DNA of 14,174 bases from Candidatus Rokuibacteriota bacterium (GCA_044866005.1 JBIOTN010000115.1:1-14174); one strand, 5' to 3'. Positions 5,783 through 14,088 are shown, counted from the stretch's first letter. Made by a program: numbers and translations. Notes: generated by a model not told the origin, from the sequence alone.

Positions 5783-7192
5783 TCACGAGGCTGTTTGCAG
5801 CGTCGGCTTGATGTTCGCGTTGAGGCGGAAGAAGTTGTCGGGATCGTTCGTGTTCTTCAGAACGACCAGCCGCTCGTAGTTCGCGCCATACGCGGATCGA
5901 ACCCGGTCTTCACCCTCTTCCCCCAAGTTGTTGACGTACTCACCGCCGATCGAAAACGGCTTCATCAGGTCCCACCACTCGCGGACCCAGGGCACCTGTG
6001 TCTCGGAGTCAGCGGGGCCGGTCCAAACCGACGCGCAGATGTTGTCGTACTGCACATCTCGGTGCCAGAAGGCCGTCTCCGACCTCCCGACTCGGCTCAC
6101 CGCGCCGCCGAACTGCTGGAAGACGACCAGGGACCGCGGTGAGGGCACCTTGGCGAAGTGGTTCACGGTGGCCTCGACGGCGGCGCCGCTGATCTCCGTC
6201 AGGAAGTGCGATTTCCAGTAGTAGCGGAGCCCGATCGGAAAGAGGGCGTCGCCCGCCGCCTGGACCTCCGTGTAGGGCATGGGTCGAATCTCGTCGGCCA
6301 GCGGCCGCCCGAACCGCCGGAGCGGCTGAAGGACTCGCTCGCCCTGATCGAGGGGCCCGACATAGCAGACCGAGATGGCGAGGACCCGCTCGCCGTCCGG
6401 CGTGGTCAGGAACACTGCGTCGGAGGAGAGCTCATCGGGGGCTGAGCGCGAGTACTCGTGGTAGAAGGGAAGGATCGACAGAGCGTCGGCCAGGCGGTGC
6501 ACGAGGACGCCACCCAACACTCCGGGGCCGACCGGATGGAGTTGGAACTCGAAGGCCGTGACGATCCCGAAGTTGCCCCCGCCGCCACGCAGGCCCCAGA
6601 ACAGGTCCTCGTTATCGGCGGTACTGGCGTTCACCACCTGGCCCGCGGCAGTGACAACCTCCACGGCGCGCAAATTATCGCAGGCGAGACCGTGCTTGCG
6701 CGCGAGCCGGCCCACTCCGCCGCCGAGCGTGAGGCCACCCACACCGGTGTGTGTCACCACGCCCGCTGTGGTGGCCAGGCCGAAGGCCTGGGTCGCTCGG
6801 TCGAGGTCCCCCAGCACCGCCCCGCCTTCGACACGGGCCGTTCGGCTCGCCGGGTCGACGCGGACGCCATGCATCGGGGATAGATCGATCACGAGACCGC
6901 CGTCACTCACCGCCTTGCCCGCGATGTTGTGGCCACCCCCCCGCACGGACACGAGGAGATCGTGCTCGCGGGCGAACCGGACTGTCGCGGCGACGTCGGC
7001 CGCGCCGGCGCAGCGGGCGATCAAGGCGGGCCGCTTGTCGATCATGCCGTTCCAGACCTTACGGGCTCCGTCATAGCGGTCGTCCCCGGGGCGGAGCAGG
7101 TCGCCGCGTAGGCGCGACGTGAATCTGGCCACCGTCCCGTCCTTGAGGATGCTCGGTCCGCCTGCTCTTGTCGTAACCGTCACATCCGCCAT
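5783..7192 (-). CDS. FAD-binding oxidoreductase, VAO/BBE-like family (FAD_binding_4 + BBE), 469 aa
   Basis: ARKVWNGMIDKRPALIARC, covalent-flavinylation motif VRGGGHN, GVGGLTLGGG, DLFWGLRGGGGNFGIVT, YVN, and C-terminal YGANYERL..LK...DPDNFF. ATG 7192 is preceded by GGGAGG; an alternative ATG lies at 7252. Confidence 0.92.
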   Translation of the reverse strand: MADVTVTTRAGGPSILKDGTVARFTSRLRGDLLRPGDDRYDGARKVWNGMIDKRPALIARCAGAADVAATVRFAREHDLLVSVRGGGHNIAGKAVSDGGLVIDLSPMHGVRVDPASRTARVEGGAVLGDLDRATQAFGLATTAGVVTHTGVGGLTLGGGVGRLARKHGLACDNLRAVEVVTAAGQVVNASTADNEDLFWGLRGGGGNFGIVTAFEFQLHPVGPGVLGGVLVHRLADALSILPFYHEYSRSAPDELSSDAVFLTTPDGERVLAISVCYVGPLDQGERVLQPLRRFGRPLADEIRPMPYTEVQAAGDALFPIGLRYYWKSHFLTEISGAAVEATVNHFAKVPSPRSLVVFQQFGGAVSRVGRSETAFWHRDVQYDNICASVWTGPADSETQVPWVREWWDLMKPFSIGGEYVNNLGEEGEDRVRSAYGANYERLVVLKNTNDPDNFFRLNANIKPTLQTAS

Positions 7193-7315
7193 GACCCTCG
7201 CCTCCCGGGCACCTCGAAGCGCCGCGACCTCGCCTCTTGGCGCACTCGACATGAGGGACTGCCGGCTCCGTCCGGCCGAGCGTGAGACGGAAACCACGAC
7301 TCGCGAGGTGACCCC

Positions 7316-8293
7316 TCAGACGCCCCTGGCCTGGCGGATGGCGGCGGTGAGGGCGGGGATGACCTCGTGGAGGTCGCCGATGATGGCGTAATCCGCCTTG
7401 GCGACGATGGGGGCCTCGGGGTCGGTGTTGATGACCAGGATCCGCCTGGCGCCCTTGCAGCCGACCAGGTGCTGGATCGCGCCGCTCACGCCGCAGGCGA
7501 TGTAGAGCTCGGGCGCCACGCGGGTCCCCGTCTGGCCGACCTGATCGGCGTGGGGGCGCCAGCCGAGGCTCGTGGCGACGCGCGAGCAGCCCACGGCGGC
7601 GTCGAGGAGCTGGGCGAGCTCCTCCAGGACCTTGAAGCCCTCGGGGCTCCCCACGCCGCGGCCGCCGCTCACCACGACCCGGGCGTCGGTCAGCGAGACC
7701 GTGCCGCGGGTCGGCTCGATCCGGCCCGTGACGCGGACCCGGAGGTCGGCCTCGGTCAGCGATGGGGTGACCGCGCTCACCGCCACCGCGCCGGCCGCCG
7801 GCGCCTCCTCGGCCGGCACCGCGTGCGGCGCGACGGTCAGGAGCTTGACTGCCCCGCCGAGCCGCGCCTCTTCGAGGAGGCTCCCGCCCCAGCGGAGGCG
7901 CGTGACGCGGTAGTGGTCGCCGGCCGGCTCGACCTCCGTGCAGTTGGCCGCCAGCGGGAGGTCGGCCTTCGCGCCGACGTGGGCCATGATCTCGTTGCCC
8001 CGGTCGCTGCCGGCGGCGAGGACCGCGACGGGGCGGGCCGCCGCCATCACGCCGACCAGGCCCTGGGCCCAGGCCGCCGGCGCGTAGTCGGCGAGCCGCG
8101 CGTCCTCGATCAGGTGCGCGGCGGCGACGCCGTACGCCCCGAGCCGCGGGGCCAGCGGGCGCGCCTCGGCTCCGACGAGGACGGCGTGGAGCGGCGCGCC
8201 GAGACGCTCGGCGAGGCGACGGCCCAGCGTCAAGGCCTGGAGCGACAGGTCGCTCGCGCGGCCCCCCTCGTGCTCGACGAGGCCGAGGATCAT
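7316..8293 (-). CDS. etfA: Electron transfer flavoprotein alpha subunit (EtfA/FixB family), 325 aa
   Basis: LTDARVVVSGGRGVGS, AAVGCSR, QVGQTG..VAPELYIACGVSGAIQHLVG, INTDPEAPI...ADY.IIGDL. Confidence 0.95.
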   Translation of the reverse strand: MILGLVEHEGGRASDLSLQALTLGRRLAERLGAPLHAVLVGAEARPLAPRLGAYGVAAAHLIEDARLADYAPAAWAQGLVGVMAAARPVAVLAAGSDRGNEIMAHVGAKADLPLAANCTEVEPAGDHYRVTRLRWGGSLLEEARLGGAVKLLTVAPHAVPAEEAPAAGAVAVSAVTPSLTEADLRVRVTGRIEPTRGTVSLTDARVVVSGGRGVGSPEGFKVLEELAQLLDAAVGCSRVATSLGWRPHADQVGQTGTRVAPELYIACGVSGAIQHLVGCKGARRILVINTDPEAPIVAKADYAIIGDLHEVIPALTAAIRQARGV

Positions 8294-8297
8294 GCGA

Positions 8298-9062
8298 TCA
8301 GACGAGCCCCAGCGCGCGGAGGACCTCGACCGCCCGCGGGGCGGCCTCGGCGCCGCGGCCGAGGATCTCGACCTGGCTCCCGCGCTCCCGGGGGACCTTG
8401 AGCCGCAGCTTCTCGAGCCCGCCGGCGCGCTGCCCGGGCCGGGTCCGCTCGATCGCCTTCTTCTTGGCCCGGAGCCGCCCCGGGAGGGAGGGATAGCGCG
8501 GGAGGTTCAAGCCCTCCTTGACCGTGAGGACGGCGGGGAGCGGGACCTCGAAGAGCTCCCAGCCGCCCGCCGCCTCGCGCCGGGCGAGGACGCGCCCGTC
8601 GCGGACCTCGAGGGCCTTGACGCCGGTCACGCAGGGGAGGTCGAGGGCGTGGGCGACGCGGACCCCGACCTGGTAGTCGCCCGTGTCGGCGGCCTCGTTG
8701 CCGAAGAGGAGGAGGTCGAAGGCGACGCCCGCCGCGCGCTGCGCGCGCACGGCCTCCACGATGGCGGCGGCCGTCGCCACGGGGTCCCACTCCTGCCCGT
8801 CGGTCTCGAGGAGCAGCGCGCGCTCGATGCCGAGCGCCATGGCGTCGCGGAGCTGCTCCTCGGCCGCGGGGGGCCCGAGCGTCAGCACCGTGCTGCTGCC
8901 GCCGTGGGCGGCGACCAGGCGCACGGCCTCCTCCGCGGCGCACTCCTCGTGGGGGCTCACGGTGAAGGCGAGGAAGCGCGTGTCGATCTCCTGCTCGTCC
9001 GCGGTGAGCGTGATCTTCCCGGCCACCGCGGGGACGCGCTTGACGCACACCAGAACGTTCAT
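8298..9062 (-). CDS. etfB: Electron transfer flavoprotein beta subunit (EtfB/FixA family), 254 aa
   Basis: Starts MNVLVCVKRVP at ATG 9062. Motifs: EEAVRL, LTLGP, AMALG..RA, LLLFGNEAADTGDYQVG, LPAVLTV, NLPRYPSL. Confidence 0.95.
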   Translation of the reverse strand: MNVLVCVKRVPAVAGKITLTADEQEIDTRFLAFTVSPHEECAAEEAVRLVAAHGGSSTVLTLGPPAAEEQLRDAMALGIERALLLETDGQEWDPVATAAAIVEAVRAQRAAGVAFDLLLFGNEAADTGDYQVGVRVAHALDLPCVTGVKALEVRDGRVLARREAAGGWELFEVPLPAVLTVKEGLNLPRYPSLPGRLRAKKKAIERTRPGQRAGGLEKLRLKVPRERGSQVEILGRGAEAAPRAVEVLRALGLV

Positions 9063-9475
9063 CTGAAGAGGTTGTCGAACCCGCGGCGGGCGTCGTCGGG
9101 GCGTACCGCCGAGGACGAGCTCTCGCGCTCCACCGTCGCGCGGAGCCGGAAGTGGCCACAGTCGTTCCGCGCGCTCTTGTCCGCGATCCGCTCGGGGATG
9201 GGCTCGCGGCACTCGAAGCGCTGCCCGGGATCGAAGTGGGCGCACTGCTTGCACGCGTGGAGCGCGAGCCCGCACTTCGGGCAGCGGGCCGCCGGGTCGC
9301 TCAGCGGGGGCACGAGCGTGCCGCACTCCCCGCAGCGGGAGACGGTCTTCGGGGCCGGCATCGCGGGGCCGGGCCGCGGCTCGGCCCCCGGCGACGGGCG
9401 GGGCCGCGGCGGCTCCCGCCGCTCGGCGTCCGGGCTGCGATAGCCGGGCTGCCGGTACTTGCGGTCATCGGGCAC
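9059..9475 (-). CDS. Cysteine-rich putative metal-binding protein, 138 aa
   Basis: GTG start with GGAGGT SD. Eight Cys (CGEC, CPKC, HACKQC, FEC, NDC). Its TGA overlaps the etfB ATG (ATGA), and it fills the gap between two operon genes. Confidence 0.8.
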   Translation of the reverse strand: MPDDRKYRQPGYRSPDAERREPPRPRPSPGAEPRPGPAMPAPKTVSRCGECGTLVPPLSDPAARCPKCGLALHACKQCAHFDPGQRFECREPIPERIADKSARNDCGHFRLRATVERESSSSAVRPDDARRGFDNLFR

Positions 9476-9493
9476 GGTCCACCTCCGCGCCGC

Positions 9494-12010
9494 TCACGCC
9501 TTCATGCGACTGTTGTCGGGGTCGAAGAGCGGCGTGCTCCCGGCCACCGCGACGGTGACCGGGTAGCGCTCGGCGAAGTACTCGACCAGGAGGCGCGTCC
9601 CCACTGTCGCGTACGCGGGCGGGAGGTAGCTCATCAGGAGGAACTTCCCGACCGATGGCCCGGCGCCCGCGCTCGTGACGTAAGAGCGCCGGCCCCTGGC
9701 GTCCACGAGCGGCTCCCCGTGGGGCGTGAGGATCGGCTCCCGCCCGAGCATGTAGCGCGGGATCCCGGCGGCCGACCGGTGGCTGTCCACGGTCAGGGTG
9801 CAGAGGATCGCGGCCGGCGGCTCCGCGCGCTGGCGGAGGTAGGCCTCCTTGCCGATGAAGTCCTGCGGCTTGACCGTCTTCCGGTCGAGCCCGGCCTCGA
9901 CGAGGGTGAACTCCTGCTCCAGCTCGTTGCCGTAGGCGCGGTAGCCCTTCTCGAGCCGGCCGGTCGTGCCGTAGACGCCGATCCCGGCCGGCACGACGCC
10001 GAGCCCCTGGCCGGCCTCCCAGAGCGCGTCCCAGAGCCGCTCCCCCTGCTCCAGCGGCGCGTAGAGCTCCCAGCCGAGCTCGCCCACGTAGGAGATGCGC
10101 GACGCGAGGACGCGCACCGGCCCCAGCGAGATCTCGCGGCAGGTCGCGTACGGGAAGCCGGCGTGGGAGACGTCGTCGTCGGCCACGCGCTCGACGAGCG
10201 CCCGCGCGCGCGGCCCCCACACGCCGAGGGTGCACCAGGCGGAGGTCAGGTCCTGGAGCCGGGCCGACCCGTCGGCGGGCAGGTGGTCGACGAACCACTT
10301 CCGGTCCACCATGCCGAGCCAGCCGCCGGTGACGATGCGGAAGTGGTCGGCGCCGAGCCGCATGACGGTGAGGTCGCACTTCATCCCGCCGTGGTCGTTG
10401 AGGAGCGGCGTGTAGACGACGCGCCCGACGGGGACGTCGGCCTGGGCGACCAGCATCCGCTGCATGTAGGCGAGCGTCCCGGGGCCGGTGACGTCGAAGA
10501 TGGCGAAGGCGCTCAGGTCCACCAGGGCGACCCGGTCGCGCATCGCCAGGTGCTCCGCGTTGATGATCGGCGACCACCAGCGGGCATCCCACTCGGCGGG
10601 GCGCGGGCTCACGCGGTCGCGGTACTCGTCGAGTAGCCTTCCATTCGACTCGTACCAGTGCGGGCGCTCCCACCCGGCCGTCTCGTAGAAGAAGGCGCCC
10701 AGCGCCGCTTCGCGGGCGTGGAAGGGGCTCAGGCGCACGTTCCGGTTCGAGGCCCACTGCTCCGAGGGGTGCACGATGCCGTAGGTCTTGTTGTAGCCCT
10801 CGCCCGCGCGGGCGTGGATGTGGGCCCTGGTGCGCTGGTGGGGGTAGAAGCGGGCGATGTCCGAGCTGTGGGGGTCGATCTCCGGCACGCCGGTGGTCAT
10901 CCACTCGGCGACGGTCTTGGCGATGCCGGGCGCCTCCTTGATCCAGATCGCGGCGGCGGACCACAGGCCGCGGACCTCCGGCGACTCGCCGAGGATGGGG
11001 GACCCGTCGGGCGTGAGCGAGAGGAGCCCGTTGATGTCGAGGCGGATCCCGACCGTCTCGTCGGCGAGAATGTCGGGCATCAGCTCGAGCGCCTGCTCCA
11101 TCTGGGGGTCGAAGTCTTCCTTGGTGAAGGGGAGCTGGGTCGGCGAGAGCGCCGAGGCGTCGAGCGACGGGATCTCGTGGGGCTCCACCAGGATCGGCCG
11201 GTGGGCGTACGAGCCGATCTCGAGCTCGGCCCCGTGCTGGCGCTCGTACATGTTGGTGTCCATGTCGCGGACGATCGGGTACTCGATCTCGCCCGCCGTC
11301 TTGGCGAAGAGCGGCACGGGGCCCACGTCGATCATCTGGTGGACGGCCGGCGTCAGGGGGATCGAGGCGCCCGCCATCCGGGCGATCCGCGGGCTCCAGA
11401 CGCCGGAGCAGATGGCGACGACCGCCGTCCGGACCTCGCCCCGGCTCGTCCGGACGCCCTGCACGCGGCCGTTCGCGACGTCGATCCCCAGGACCTCGGT
11501 GTTCGGGAAGATGCGGAGGGCGCCCTGCGCCTGCGCCCGCTCGCGCATGAGCGTCCCGGCGCGGAGCGAGTCCACCACGCCGACCCCCGGGCAGTAGAAG
11601 GCGCCCAGGATGATCTTCTCGTTGATGAAGGGGATGCGCTGCTTGACCTCGGCCGGGGTGAGGAGCTCGGCGGCCTCGCCCCAGGCGCGCGCCGAGGCGA
11701 GCCGGCGCTTGAGCTCCTCGAGCCGCTCCTGCGTCCGCGCCACCTCCACTCCGCCGCACTGGGTGAAGACCTCGAGGGCGCGGTACTGGCGGACGCTCTC
11801 CTGCGTGAAGAGGGTCATCTCCTTGGAATGGTCCACGGGGTAGATGAAGTTCGAGGCGTGGCCGGTGGAGCCGCCGGGGCTCGGGAACGGCCCCTTGTCG
11901 AGCAGGACCACGTCGGTCCAGCCGAGGCGGCAGAGGTGGTAGGCGAGGCTGTTCCCGACGATGCCCGCCCCGATCACGACGACGTTCGCCGACGTGGGCC
12001 ACGTGCTCAT
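9494..12010 (-). CDS. GcvT-family FAD-dependent oxidoreductase (dimethylglycine/sarcosine dehydrogenase-like), 838 aa
   Basis: Starts MSTWPTSANVVVIGAGIVG (Rossmann fold) at ATG 12010 with GGAG upstream. GGSTGHAS is the flavinylation His region, followed by TPDGSPILG and GWERPHW. The C-terminal folate-binding GcvT domain includes SRISYVGELGWELY and RLEKGYRAYG. Confidence 0.93.
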   Translation of the reverse strand: MSTWPTSANVVVIGAGIVGNSLAYHLCRLGWTDVVLLDKGPFPSPGGSTGHASNFIYPVDHSKEMTLFTQESVRQYRALEVFTQCGGVEVARTQERLEELKRRLASARAWGEAAELLTPAEVKQRIPFINEKIILGAFYCPGVGVVDSLRAGTLMRERAQAQGALRIFPNTEVLGIDVANGRVQGVRTSRGEVRTAVVAICSGVWSPRIARMAGASIPLTPAVHQMIDVGPVPLFAKTAGEIEYPIVRDMDTNMYERQHGAELEIGSYAHRPILVEPHEIPSLDASALSPTQLPFTKEDFDPQMEQALELMPDILADETVGIRLDINGLLSLTPDGSPILGESPEVRGLWSAAAIWIKEAPGIAKTVAEWMTTGVPEIDPHSSDIARFYPHQRTRAHIHARAGEGYNKTYGIVHPSEQWASNRNVRLSPFHAREAALGAFFYETAGWERPHWYESNGRLLDEYRDRVSPRPAEWDARWWSPIINAEHLAMRDRVALVDLSAFAIFDVTGPGTLAYMQRMLVAQADVPVGRVVYTPLLNDHGGMKCDLTVMRLGADHFRIVTGGWLGMVDRKWFVDHLPADGSARLQDLTSAWCTLGVWGPRARALVERVADDDVSHAGFPYATCREISLGPVRVLASRISYVGELGWELYAPLEQGERLWDALWEAGQGLGVVPAGIGVYGTTGRLEKGYRAYGNELEQEFTLVEAGLDRKTVKPQDFIGKEAYLRQRAEPPAAILCTLTVDSHRSAAGIPRYMLGREPILTPHGEPLVDARGRRSYVTSAGAGPSVGKFLLMSYLPPAYATVGTRLLVEYFAERYPVTVAVAGSTPLFDPDNSRMKA

Positions 12011-12052
12011 CCGCGCTCTCCGTCCGGGTGGTCTCTCCGCACCGCGCGACCT

Positions 12053-12072
12053 TCGCGGACCCCCGTCCGCGA
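12053..12072 (-). other. 5'-leader stem-loop TCGCGGAC-CCCC-GTCCGCGA
   Basis: Perfect 8-bp stem immediately downstream of the predicted transcription start (about 12075) of the GcvT-family operon. Confidence 0.55.
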
Positions 12073-12081
12073 GGCGAGGAC

Positions 12082-12110
12082 AGCGTAGCCGAGAGGCGAA
12101 CCGCTCGCAA
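12082..12110 (-). promoter_or_regulatory. Sigma70-type promoter TTGCGA-N17-TACGCT for the GcvT-family/ETF operon
   Basis: On the minus strand the -35 is at 12110-12105 and the -10 at 12087-12082, with an exact 17-bp spacer. Confidence 0.6.
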
Positions 12111-12210
12111 GCCGCCGCTGTACTGAGCGCTGCCTGAAAATCGCGATGACAGACCGTCCGCGAGGACGGGCGCGGGCCAACAGGCACCGGCTCATGCGGG
12201 CTCAGGCCCT

Positions 12211-12253
12211 TTGACACACAACTTGACACACTTCTCAACACACTGTAGCGTGT
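12211..12253 (+). promoter_or_regulatory. vapBC promoter (TTGACA-N17-TAGCGT) overlapped by an operator array
   Basis: -35 TTGACA at 12223-12228 and -10 TAGCGT at 12246-12251. TTGACACAC is repeated at 12211 and 12223. ACACAC occurs at 12214, 12226 and 12238. An inverted ACAC-N6-GTGT spans 12240-12253. Confidence 0.8.
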
Positions 12254-12268
12254 ACAAGCGGGGCTCAT

Positions 12269-12547
12269 ATGGCCAGGGTCAATGTGTTCCTCAAAGAAGA
12301 TCTCCTGGCGGCCGTAGATCGCGAGGCCGCGCATTCCCGGATGAACAGGAGCGCCTTGCTGGCGACGGCGGTACGTGAGTTTCTCGACAGACGGCGCCGG
12401 CAGCGCGAGGAAGGGGAGCGCCGGCGAGCCAGGGAAGAGGCATTCCGAAGGATCGACCGGCTCGGGGAGCGTCTCGGGAAGTGGGACGCCGTCGGCGTTG
12501 TCAGGAAGCATCGTGAGACCCGGCTGAGGTCGAAGTCTTCGTCGTGA
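12269..12547 (+). CDS. vapB: Ribbon-helix-helix (CopG-like) antitoxin, VapB-like, 92 aa
   Basis: N-terminal beta strand MARVNVFL followed by two helices (DLLAAVDREA, NRSALLATAVREFL). Lies directly upstream of a PIN gene with a GTGA overlap. Confidence 0.82.
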   Translation: MARVNVFLKEDLLAAVDREAAHSRMNRSALLATAVREFLDRRRRQREEGERRRAREEAFRRIDRLGERLGKWDAVGVVRKHRETRLRSKSSS

Positions 12548-13005
12548 TTCCGCCATACCATGCAGGCTACGTGCTCGATGCCTCGGTGATCGTCAAGTGG
12601 TTCACACGGCAGGAAGAAGCGGATAGGGAAGCCGCTCAAGCGCTTCGCGCAGCATACGCGCGGGGTCGCTTTCGCCTCGCGATTCCGGATCTGTGCCTGA
12701 TCGAAATAGCAAACGCGTTGAGATTCAGCCCAAAGGCCGCAGAAGCCGACGTGGCGGAGGCGATCGAGGCCATCAATGCCGTTGCCCTCGACGTCGTCGG
12801 AACCGATGCGGCGTTGCTCAAGAGGGCCAACGCGATCGCCTGGGGCTACGGCTTGACCGTGTATGACGCGATTTACGTCGCCCTGGCAGAGCAGCGCACG
12901 TATCCCGTGATCACTGCTGACGAAGCTCTGCTGAAAAAGATGCGCGGCCACAGTATCGTACTCAGTTTGAAGTCCATCGACTTTCGGCACGCGGTAGCCG
13001 AGTAG
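12544..13005 (+). CDS. vapC: PIN-domain ribonuclease toxin, VapC family, 153 aa
   Basis: Four acidic PIN residues in VLDASVIVKW, LIEIANAL, TVYDAIYVALA and VITAD. The GTG start overlaps the antitoxin stop. Confidence 0.92.
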   Translation: MIPPYHAGYVLDASVIVKWFTRQEEADREAAQALRAAYARGRFRLAIPDLCLIEIANALRFSPKAAEADVAEAIEAINAVALDVVGTDAALLKRANAIAWGYGLTVYDAIYVALAEQRTYPVITADEALLKKMRGHSIVLSLKSIDFRHAVAE

Positions 13006-13048
13006 CCACACCAATTACTACGAGCGCGCGCGCAGTCGGCTTGTCCCC

Positions 13049-13079
13049 TTGACCGGGACGCGCGAAGGGCGCTAATTCT
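13049..13079 (+). promoter_or_regulatory. Possible sigma70 promoter (TTGACC ... CTAATTCT) for the dehydrogenase gene
   Basis: TTGACC at 13049-13054 and an AT-rich TAATTCT at 13073-13079. The -10 match and spacing are imperfect. Confidence 0.35.
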
Positions 13080-13146
13080 GGCTGGCCCACGCCGCCAGCT
13101 CCGGAGCGTGGTCGTGGTGTCCGTGAAACGCGGAAGAGGAGGCGCG

Positions 13147-14088
13147 ATGGGATCCGCGCTCGGCTTCGTCGGGCTGGGGGCCATGGGCGGGCGGATGGCC
13201 AAGCGGCTGCTCGACGCGGGCTACCCGGTCGTCGGCTACAACCGGACCCCGGCGCGCGCCCGCTGGCTCGTGGACGCGGGCATGCAGGCCGCCGCCTCCC
13301 CCCGCGCCGCCGCCGAGGCGGCGGACGTCCTCTTCAGCATGGTCGCCGACACCCAGGCGCTCCACGCCGTGACCGGCGGGCCGGAGGGGATCCTCGCCGG
13401 GCTGAGGCAGGGCGCCGTCTACGTCGAGATGAGCACGGTGAGCCCGGCGGCGACGCGCGCCCTCGCCGCCGAGGTGGCGACGCGCGGGGCCGCGATGCTG
13501 GACGCCCCCGTGTCGGGCAGCGTCGCCACGCTCGAGGCCGGCCAGCTCGCCTTCATGGTCGGCGGCGAGGCGGCGGTCCTGGAGCGCGTGCGCCCCTACC
13601 TCCTGGCCATCGGTCCCACGATCACCCACGTCGGGCCGCTCGGGCTGGCCGTCACCATGAAGATCGCCACGAACCTCGGCCTGGCCGTCCAGATGCTCGC
13701 CTTCAGCGAGGCCGTCTGCCTCGCGGAGAAGGCCGGCATCGCCCGCGAGCGCGCCGTCGAGGCGCTCCTCCGGAGCGTGGCGGCCTCGCCCATGGTGAAG
13801 TACCGGGGGCCGTTCGTCCTCGGGATGCCGGCCGAGGCCTGGTTCGACGTCGGCATGATGCAGAAGGATCTGCGGCTCGCCCTGGACCTGGGGCGCGCGG
13901 TGGGCGTGCCGCTGCCGAGCACGGCCTTGAGCCACGAGCTCCTGACCGCGGCGCGCGGGCTGGGGCTCGCGGCCTACGACTTCGCGGTCGTCTTCGACGT
14001 CCTCGCCGGGCTCAGCGGGCTCCCCCCGAGCGCCAAGCCCGGCTCCGCGGGGCATGCCGACAGGTCAGGCTCCGCGAAGCACGCATAG
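13147..14088 (+). CDS. NAD(P)-dependent beta-hydroxyacid dehydrogenase (3-hydroxyisobutyrate dehydrogenase / tartronate semialdehyde reductase family), 313 aa
   Basis: SD GAGGAGG at 13136-13142 and ATG at 13147. Motifs: GFVGLGAMG, YNRT, EMSTVSP, MLDAPVSGS, FMVGG, catalytic Lys in MKIATN, and F.V.MMQKDL.LA. Confidence 0.93.
   Translation: MGSALGFVGLGAMGGRMAKRLLDAGYPVVGYNRTPARARWLVDAGMQAAASPRAAAEAADVLFSMVADTQALHAVTGGPEGILAGLRQGAVYVEMSTVSPAATRALAAEVATRGAAMLDAPVSGSVATLEAGQLAFMVGGEAAVLERVRPYLLAIGPTITHVGPLGLAVTMKIATNLGLAVQMLAFSEAVCLAEKAGIARERAVEALLRSVAASPMVKYRGPFVLGMPAEAWFDVGMMQKDLRLALDLGRAVGVPLPSTALSHELLTAARGLGLAAYDFAVVFDVLAGLSGLPPSAKPGSAGHADRSGSAKHA

Noticed and set aside
1607..7192. Single odd residues in otherwise conserved motifs (LLM GRGEVG; BBE-like KNTNDP where YDP is usual)
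   Set aside because: Each is one base from the expected codon and could be natural variation or sequencing error. This is not enough to call pseudogenes.
9063..9326. Extended etfB start (342-aa ORF)
   Set aside because: It overlaps the Cys-rich gene in another frame. EtfB family proteins begin at MNVLVCVK (9062).
12011..12200. Glycine riboswitch upstream of the GcvT-family gene (minus strand has TTTCAGG, CGAAGG, GGAGAGAC, GGACGGAG)
   Set aside because: The fragments are in the wrong order for the aptamer (GGAGA...CCGAAG...CUCAGG), and TTTCAGG lies upstream of the predicted promoter. An Rfam scan would settle it.
12011..12556. N-terminal extension of the 1020-aa ORF
   Set aside because: It is antisense to the antitoxin gene and crosses two promoters. 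The Rossmann motif begins right after ATG 12010.
739..14055. Many long overlapping alternative-frame or antisense ORFs (e.g. 739..1632, most of 1538..3064, 3268..4908, 7367..8401, 8292..9443, 9152..10636, 9465..12110, 10658..12088, 13072..14055)
   Set aside because: These are expected stop-poor shadows in very GC-rich coding DNA. They are Arg/Gly/Pro-rich, have no motifs, and overlap well-supported genes.
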